NCBI GenBank assembly: GCA_964496095.1
Contig: CAZBWU010000003.1
Location: 65,901-129,900, forward strand
DNA: 64,000 nucleotides
Reading direction: 5' to 3'
Origin: an uncultured Gammaproteobacteria bacterium
Lineage (GTDB): Bacteria > Patescibacteriota > Patescibacteriia > Magasanikbacterales > GWA2-37-8
The notes below the pieces were generated by a model. That model was not told the DNA's origin, made no database searches, and saw only the letters and a list, made by a program, of their open reading frames with translations. Shown one piece after another: positions 57,658-64,000 of the stretch. The position numbers and the translations under genes were made by a program. Numbering within the stretch: position 1 is the first letter of the stretch; every line of letters starts with the position of its first letter.

Positions 57658-58563
57658 TTATTTATTATCTGTCAATTTCAAAAATATATGTTCAAGAGAA
57701 GCCGCCTCAGAACGGATTGATTTTAGATTGTGATTATAATGACTAGTAAGCTTGGCCATATCGGTCGCCAAATCTTTACTAATTGGATATTCATATTCCA
57801 CTCCCACTTCTGACACTCCGACCAGTGGTGCCACGGCACGATCAAACAATTCAAAATGAATTGTGTTTTTGGAAAATTCTTGTTGAATATCTTTGAGCTT
57901 GCCGTTTTTGATCAAATGACCATGGTCCACTAAAGCGATATACTCGCACAACTGTTCTGCTTCTTCCAAATAATGTGTTGTAAATACAATAGTAGTCCCC
58001 TCATCATTTAGCCGACGCACCAGGCTCCAAATCTTTTGGCGCAAACTGACATCCACTCCGGCCGAAGGCTCATCCAAAATAAGTAACTTTGGTTTATGCA
58101 AAATCGCTTTGGCAACCATCAAACGTCGTTTCATACCACCAGAAAGATTGCGAGCGCGTTCGTGAATCTTGTCTTCAAGTCCCAAATCTTCTAATACTTG
58201 CTTGATTCTAATTTTGCGGTCAGCGCGAGACACGCCATACATCCCGGCAAAATAATACAGGACTTCTTCTACCGTAAAAGCCATTTCCACCACAATCTCT
58301 TGAGGCACAATACCAATCATCTGCTTGGTATTACTTGCTTCTTTGGCTACATCTAACCCAAACACTTCAATCTTGCCTTCAGAGGGACGCAAAATACCAC
58401 TAATCATATTGATCAGTGTTGATTTGCCAGCACCATTTGGCCCCAAAAGACCATAGATTTTGCCTTGTTCAATATCTAAAGAAATATTATCCACGGCTTT
58501 GAACTCTTCACCCTTGGAATTTTTGAAAACTTTTGTGACCTGATTGATACGGAGAGGGAGCAT
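57658..58563 (-). CDS. ABC transporter ATP-binding protein
   Basis: GPNGAGKST, LSGGMKRR, LDEP. Confidence 0.95.
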   Translation of the reverse strand: MLPLRINQVTKVFKNSKGEEFKAVDNISLDIEQGKIYGLLGPNGAGKSTLINMISGILRPSEGKIEVFGLDVAKEASNTKQMIGIVPQEIVVEMAFTVEEVLYYFAGMYGVSRADRKIRIKQVLEDLGLEDKIHERARNLSGGMKRRLMVAKAILHKPKLLILDEPSAGVDVSLRQKIWSLVRRLNDEGTTIVFTTHYLEEAEQLCEYIALVDHGHLIKNGKLKDIQQEFSKNTIHFELFDRAVAPLVGVSEVGVEYEYPISKDLATDMAKLTSHYNHNLKSIRSEAASLEHIFLKLTDNK

Positions 58564-58615
58564 AAAAAATATTTTAGAAGTGGCTATTATATCAGAAGAC
58601 CAAAAAAATTCAAAT

Positions 58616-59767
58616 CTAGATTTTCTTAATCAACCCCTTACTCACCCACTCCCCAAACCCAATTCGATACCAACCATTTTTTTCTTCAAACACACGCACG
58701 AAGTCTATTTTGTTAATTTTTCTCACAATCGCATACTTGGCAGCTGGACCGCTACGAACATTGAGACCGTCGGTTGTCGGTGTACCTCTAGCAATAATTG
58801 TCAGTGCCCCCATCATCACTGGCAAAGTACGAGACGGCTCGACAAAATATTGTCCAGGCAAATTATAGCCACAACTGGCACTACCTCCACCGTCGGCTTC
58901 CATTTGATTTTCTACTGGAACTCCAGCAAGGCTTAGAGCTTGGCTTGCTTCACCGATTGTAGCGGACTGACTGCAATAGATAACGACTTCTTGTTTGTTT
59001 GGCATTACGCCGATAAACAAACGAGCAGTTCTTCCGTTACCACCATCGGATTTTGCCACATTGGGAGCGAAGCCTTCTAGCCCTTGATCGCCACTGGTAG
59101 TGCCAACAAAAATATCAGCGTCAAAATCTTGGATATTGGCTTTGCCTGTTCGGTTGTTTATCAATAACATTTTACGTGAATTAGCCATATCAAAATCAGG
59201 ACGGCTACCACTAGAAATAAACGGATTACCTCCAATCGTAGTTTTAAGAGCCAAGCTAAGATCTGAAGTTGGTAAGTTAATATTAAAAAATGGCGCGTTC
59301 CAAACGAATTTTGCATCTGGGTTCATAGACTTACCAGATTCAGCCACAAACCGCGCAAAGGCAAAATTATGAAAATTACTTGTTACTGATACGGGAGCAT
59401 CTACAAGAATCGGCGGAATATTAACACCATCGGTGTTAGTCGGAGGAATAATCGTAATAGAGGGCGTAGAATCTCCGAGAGGTATAGTGATATTAAAATT
59501 AGCATTCGCTGGACCCCAGTCTAAAGGTACAGTTGAAGTTGACGCAATAAATTGAATTTGGTTTTGGGATAAATTAATACGAGTCAAAAAATCCAATGAA
59601 CCACTACCGCGTGGAGCTTTAAAAAAACTGGCGATGCCCGGCGCTTTCGCCCAACTGATAGAAGTATATTCTTCCGGGGTTGTTGGTTTCCAGGTAGCCG
59701 CTTGTGATACTAACGGCGTTGCCAAGAAAACCAAAAGCGCGAAGAGACTGATAAATATTTTCTTCAT
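58616..59767 (-). CDS. secreted phosphodiester-glycosidase-like protein with a C-terminal SH3b domain
   Basis: signal peptide; ADGGGS motif; LNVRSGP...GWYRIG...WVS. Confidence 0.75.
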   Translation of the reverse strand: MKKIFISLFALLVFLATPLVSQAATWKPTTPEEYTSISWAKAPGIASFFKAPRGSGSLDFLTRINLSQNQIQFIASTSTVPLDWGPANANFNITIPLGDSTPSITIIPPTNTDGVNIPPILVDAPVSVTSNFHNFAFARFVAESGKSMNPDAKFVWNAPFFNINLPTSDLSLALKTTIGGNPFISSGSRPDFDMANSRKMLLINNRTGKANIQDFDADIFVGTTSGDQGLEGFAPNVAKSDGGNGRTARLFIGVMPNKQEVVIYCSQSATIGEASQALSLAGVPVENQMEADGGGSASCGYNLPGQYFVEPSRTLPVMMGALTIIARGTPTTDGLNVRSGPAAKYAIVRKINKIDFVRVFEEKNGWYRIGFGEWVSKGLIKKI

Positions 59768-59786
59768 AGATAATTTATATAATTAA

Positions 59787-60188
59787 TTATATCAATGGCG
59801 CAGCCTCACCCACTGCCTCATCGTCAGCATCGGCGTCAGCATCAGCTTTGGTGTGATGCACACGACCATCAATATGATTTGGTGGAGCATAGACAGTATA
59901 GACTTTTAGATCTTCTGTGCCGGTATTACGAAAATTATGTTTGGTACCAGGAGAAACTACATACACGTCCCCTTCGCCGATAGGAAATTTTTTATCATCA
60001 ATAATCGCTTCGCCTATGCCAGAGAGAAAAAATAATGTTTGCTCTGTAAACTTATGAGTTTCTTGTCCAATCTCACCATCAGGAGGAATACTCATTACCA
60101 CCAGTTGACTTTTCTTCCCAGTAAACAAAACCCGACGAAAATTGTCGTTCTCCTGGGTATCTTTGACGATATTTGTGTTGTAGCTCAT
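59787..60188 (-). CDS. cupin domain protein
   Basis: SQLVVMSI...EIGQETH...PGTKHN...YAPPNH. Confidence 0.9.
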   Translation of the reverse strand: MSYNTNIVKDTQENDNFRRVLFTGKKSQLVVMSIPPDGEIGQETHKFTEQTLFFLSGIGEAIIDDKKFPIGEGDVYVVSPGTKHNFRNTGTEDLKVYTVYAPPNHIDGRVHHTKADADADADDEAVGEAAPLI

Positions 60189-60256
60189 ATGCATTTAGTT
60201 ATATGAATTAAACAATATCTGTCTAAAGATATAGTAACACGCTTTGCTTTATATAC

Positions 60257-60583
60257 CTAAACCGAAGTCAAGGGATAACCAAGCTTACGCCAAGCTAGCA
60301 AACCACTACTGAGACTATATAATTCATCGGTCAAACCGGCAGTAGCTAGTTGCGCCAAAGCCAACTGACTGCGACCTCCCGATAAACAATATAAATATAT
60401 TTTTTTATAACTACGCAAAGCATCAACTTGAGTCATTATCTCGTCTACTGGCATATTCTTTGCTCCCGCAATCGCGCCCTTGGCAAACTCGGCAGGCGTG
60501 CGCACATCAACAATAATACTTTCAGGCATTCCTTGATTGATAAGAGCGTATAATTCTTCAGCGGAGATTTGTTTACCTGTCAT
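60257..60583 (-). CDS. rhodanese-like protein
   Basis: DVRTPAEF, YCLSGGRS, GLLAW. Confidence 0.9.
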   Translation of the reverse strand: MTGKQISAEELYALINQGMPESIIVDVRTPAEFAKGAIAGAKNMPVDEIMTQVDALRSYKKIYLYCLSGGRSQLALAQLATAGLTDELYSLSSGLLAWRKLGYPLTSV

Positions 60584-60723
60584 AAAATTATAGTTTAAAA
60601 ATATCTTAAAGCTCTGTTATTCTATCTTTTTAAAATATTTTTGTCTACCCAAATAAAATCACAGACGATTGACGCTTTTTAATGTCAGGAATATAATATT
60701 GCTATTCTAAAATTTTAAAAAAT

Positions 60724-62391
60724 ATGCAAAATATTCTAAACAGGATGAAAACAAACTGGAAATCAGGCGTCACTGTTTCTCTTATCTCTATTCCCCTTTC
60801 AGTTTCACTTGCGGTCGCCTCACAGTCCACACCTATAGCTGGGATTATTACGGCTATTTGGGCTGGGCTAATCGCATCTTTACTAGGAGGTAGTATTTAT
60901 AATATCGTCGGTCCAACCGGCGCACTTTCCGGTGTTATCGCTGCCTACGCACTCACCCACGGCGCCGACACTATCAGCATGCTGGCCATTGTGACTGGAA
61001 TATTTGTCGCTGTTGCCTATATTTTCAAATTAGAAAAATATCTTGTCTTTGTGCCATCAAGCGTTATGCATGGCTTTACTCTTGGCGTGGCATTTATAAT
61101 CGGCTTTGGACAATTTAATTATGCTTTTGGTTTACATGGACTAACAAAACATGAAAAGTTTATTTCCAACCTGTCGGAATCCTTTCTTCATACTAACCAA
61201 ACCTACCTACCATCACTACTAGTTTTTCTCGCTTTTTTTATCGCCTTAATAATTTTGCGCAAACTATTACCGCGCGTGCCTGGAGCTATTGTCTTATCCC
61301 CGATTGGAATCTTGCTCGGCTATTTGGGTAGCCAACATATCATACCTTTACAACTGGACACTTTGGGCAGTAATTTTACCACTATTAGTGGCAAACTATT
61401 TCAAGCTCCTCATTTATTTTTTCACATGTCGCTTGTCAGCACTGGTTTTGCGGTAGCGCTAGTAGCAATTCTTGAGACCATGCTCTCTGCCAAAATTGCC
61501 GACGGCATGACCAAAACCAAACACAACGAACGCAAAGAAATGCTCGGACTATCCCTGGCCAATATCGCTTCTGGCCTCACAGGCGGTATTCCCGCCACCG
61601 CCGCGCTAGCTCGCACTTCGCTCAATATCAAAACTGGCGCCACTGACCGCATGTCTGGCACTATTAACAGTATTAGTATTGCTGTTATTTCCTTACTCTT
61701 CCTGGGCTACTTCAAATATATACCCATGGCCGTGATAGCTTCCATTCTCGCTATGGTCGCTGTAAACATGGTGGAGACCGAACATTTTATTCGTTACTAT
61801 CGTTTTGATAAAGTTGGTTTTGGCGTGGCCTTACTAGTGGCGTTTGTGACTGTCTATGAAGATCCAATTGTTGGTATCTTGCTTGGCACAGCTGTGGCGT
61901 TGGTTATTTTTATGGAAAAATTATCGCACGGACAATTTGATTTATATTTAAACAAATACAAAGAAGGACAAGTTGGTATGATGTCGGGAGAAAAATTAAC
62001 CGAGATAAAAGAAAATCCTGATATCCTTCTTTACTCTTTCAAAGGCACACTGATGTATATCAACAGTCAAGCGCATTTGCGTCGTTTTGAGACCAATCTG
62101 AAGGGCTACAGCGCTATTGTCTTGCGCTTACGTGAAGTGTATTTTGTGGATCTAGATGGGGTGGAAGCATTGGATGAAATAATAGAACTAATACGCCACA
62201 AAGGACAAAAGGTAGTAGTGACTGGCGTCAACGCTTGGATCGCGGAACTATGCGAACAAAACTCAAAACAATACCGCCATCTCAAAAATGAAGGTCTGGT
62301 CTTTGATAAGGCCACTCAAGCTCTAAGCTATTTAGGCGTGCAGGCTTCTGAAGCAACTTTACCACCAGCTACTGTACCAGTTCAAATTTAA
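60724..62391 (+). CDS. SulP-family anion permease with STAS domain
   Basis: GPTGAL, LETMLSA, PATAALART, C-terminal STAS. Confidence 0.93.
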   Translation: MQNILNRMKTNWKSGVTVSLISIPLSVSLAVASQSTPIAGIITAIWAGLIASLLGGSIYNIVGPTGALSGVIAAYALTHGADTISMLAIVTGIFVAVAYIFKLEKYLVFVPSSVMHGFTLGVAFIIGFGQFNYAFGLHGLTKHEKFISNLSESFLHTNQTYLPSLLVFLAFFIALIILRKLLPRVPGAIVLSPIGILLGYLGSQHIIPLQLDTLGSNFTTISGKLFQAPHLFFHMSLVSTGFAVALVAILETMLSAKIADGMTKTKHNERKEMLGLSLANIASGLTGGIPATAALARTSLNIKTGATDRMSGTINSISIAVISLLFLGYFKYIPMAVIASILAMVAVNMVETEHFIRYYRFDKVGFGVALLVAFVTVYEDPIVGILLGTAVALVIFMEKLSHGQFDLYLNKYKEGQVGMMSGEKLTEIKENPDILLYSFKGTLMYINSQAHLRRFETNLKGYSAIVLRLREVYFVDLDGVEALDEIIELIRHKGQKVVVTGVNAWIAELCEQNSKQYRHLKNEGLVFDKATQALSYLGVQASEATLPPATVPVQI

Positions 62392-63065
62392 ATTTGATCC
62401 TGATTTGAAAAAGAAGACTGACCACTCTCATGTTCTTTGCTGTGCGCCCGAAGATCAAAAAATATTTTAACAGCCACAAACACCGCAATTATCGGCTGCG
62501 GTAGACCCAAAAGCAATATAGCAAAAGCGCCGATAAGAATTGTCAGTTGCATTGTATAAATTCTTTTGTACGGTCTTATCATAATCGACCAGAAACTTTC
62601 TTTATCTAGTGGTAATAAATATTTTTTAGTTAAAATTTGATTTGTATAAAATGAATAGCCATGACTGACAAAAAGCGAAAGAATTGCCCAGCGAATAGAA
62701 GGTACCTGTCGCAATGTCTCAAATGCTTGTTGTATCAAACCACCCTGATCTGATTGCCCCAAAAATATAACAATAAAAAATAGATGCGCCATCATAAAAA
62801 TACCGAAATGGACAATAAAAAAAGGAATAGCAACTAATTTTGCATTAATCGGCACACCTTCTCGCAATAACGCTGGAATAGGCATTAGATATATCAAGGC
62901 AATAGTAGCCAGAGCGATGACTGCGCTTTCCATCCAGTAAAGAAAAACGGTCTCAAATACATTCCAACCAAAAAATAAAACTCCGGCCAAAGGCACAAGG
63001 TTGGTAAGAACTAGTACTAATGAAGATGTTTCCATATTACCAATGCGTTTAGGCAAAGCAGGCAT
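62388..63065 (-). CDS. DUF6498-like membrane protein
   Basis: NLVPLAGVLFFGW...LYWME...FFIVHFGIF...PYKRI. Confidence 0.8.
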   Translation of the reverse strand: MPALPKRIGNMETSSLVLVLTNLVPLAGVLFFGWNVFETVFLYWMESAVIALATIALIYLMPIPALLREGVPINAKLVAIPFFIVHFGIFMMAHLFFIVIFLGQSDQGGLIQQAFETLRQVPSIRWAILSLFVSHGYSFYTNQILTKKYLLPLDKESFWSIMIRPYKRIYTMQLTILIGAFAILLLGLPQPIIAVFVAVKIFFDLRAHSKEHESGQSSFSNQDQI

Positions 63066-63107
63066 AAAGTTATTTAAAAATATTTATTTAAACTAAATAT
63101 AGGGTAA

Positions 63108-63140
63108 CAAAAAACAAGGTTTTGAGCAACCTTGTTTTTT
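63108..63140 (-). terminator. intrinsic terminator
   Basis: aaaaaacaaggtt-ttgagc-aaccttgttttttt. Confidence 0.7.
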
Positions 63141-63198
63141 TAGCAGGCCTTGTGGGATGAGATTGGAACCTTTTTGGCTAGACTATAAGACAAAAAAA

Positions 63199-64000
63199 CT
63201 ACTCTGACTGACTTATAACTTTTTCTAAGACCTCCTCATACTTCTCTGTATTAAGGACATCATTGATTGTTTTATAAAAGGCACAAATCCCCTTTAAATA
63301 TACTTCGTCAGTATTAAACTCATTAAAAGGTTCAAGGAGCTTGCTTTCGATTTTTTTAATATCCTTTCCTGTGGCTTGAAAATCTATATAGGTTTCCATT
63401 AACAAAATAGCTACTCTAAAATTAAATTGGTTAAAGCTATTCAGGTTATCGGCTGATTCAATATTACCAAGAAAAAAGGTGAACAGATAGTGAGATCCTT
63501 CTTCCTCTTCATTATTTACTATTGAATGCATTTTTTTTATTTTTAATATATTTTCTTTTGCTGCGTCAAGATCATTTTGATATATATTTAAGGAAGCTCT
63601 ATTGTAGAGACTTAAAAAAATCTGTCCCTTGTCTTTTTTATCAATATAACCATGAGCGTTATCCAAATTTTCTTTTGCGCTATCCAATTCACCGAGCTTT
63701 AGACACACAAAACCAAGATTATTATACAATTCAAACGTCGGCTCATAATGTAATTTTAATTGCTCAAAAATGAACTTACTTTTCTTATATTCTTTGTCTT
63801 CAATCGCAAAATCTACCCCAACAGAATCAACCAATTGATAAAGCGTTCTTTGGTCTTCTTTTTGTCCCTCTAGGAATTTTATTTTTTCAAAAATTTTTTC
63901 AACTGATAATTCTGGTGTACTATGAGTTTCTGCTTTTATGATTATAGAATTTTGCAAGTATTGGTCATCATAGGTTTTTATATGCTCATTTAACTTCTCA
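63199..64000 (-). CDS. 3' part of a TPR-containing protein (start lies beyond the window)
   Basis: frame stays open upstream of 63957 to the window end (EKLNEHIKTYDDQY...); LYNNLGFVCLKLG and LYNRASL TPR motifs. Confidence 0.75.
   Translation of the reverse strand, partial: EKLNEHIKTYDDQYLQNSIIIKAETHSTPELSVEKIFEKIKFLEGQKEDQRTLYQLVDSVGVDFAIEDKEYKKSKFIFEQLKLHYEPTFELYNNLGFVCLKLGELDSAKENLDNAHGYIDKKDKGQIFLSLYNRASLNIYQNDLDAAKENILKIKKMHSIVNNEEEEGSHYLFTFFLGNIESADNLNSFNQFNFRVAILLMETYIDFQATGKDIKKIESKLLEPFNEFNTDEVYLKGICAFYKTINDVLNTEKYEEVLEKVISQSE

Overview
AT-rich bacterial chromosome segment using genetic code 11. It is most likely from a Patescibacteria/CPR (Parcubacteria-like) organism; this is an inference from the type IV pilus genes, the orphan VirB4/TraG-like ATPase, the 'GAGC' lipoprotein-like signal and the scarcity of Shine-Dalgarno sites. 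The backbone is housekeeping: smpB+tmRNA, infC-rpmI-rplT, ppsA, ligA, pilD/pilin/pilM, cysS, corA, dnaX, folD, secDF, secA, tdk, a zwf-gnd fusion, tRNA-Asp and tRNA-Gln. An accessory zone at ~5.8-15.1 kb holds a TA pair, a secreted pilin-like protein, a kinase/STAS pair, a DipZ/thioredoxin operon, att-like scars and high-GC orphan genes. Most notable: (1) three unannotated promoter-to-terminator ncRNA candidates, one convergent with a DUF3800 nuclease-fold gene; (2) several palindromic repeat families, with copies inserted in frame in dnaX, secA, cysS and gnd; (3) a GxxExxY gene flanked by inverted repeats that also occur as empty copies; (4) a cobalamin-riboswitch operon resembling a split transcobalamin plus a BtuM-like transporter; (5) a PpsA fused to an exported domain. 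No CRISPR array, integrase or transposase was seen. All calls are from reading the sequence; no searches were run.
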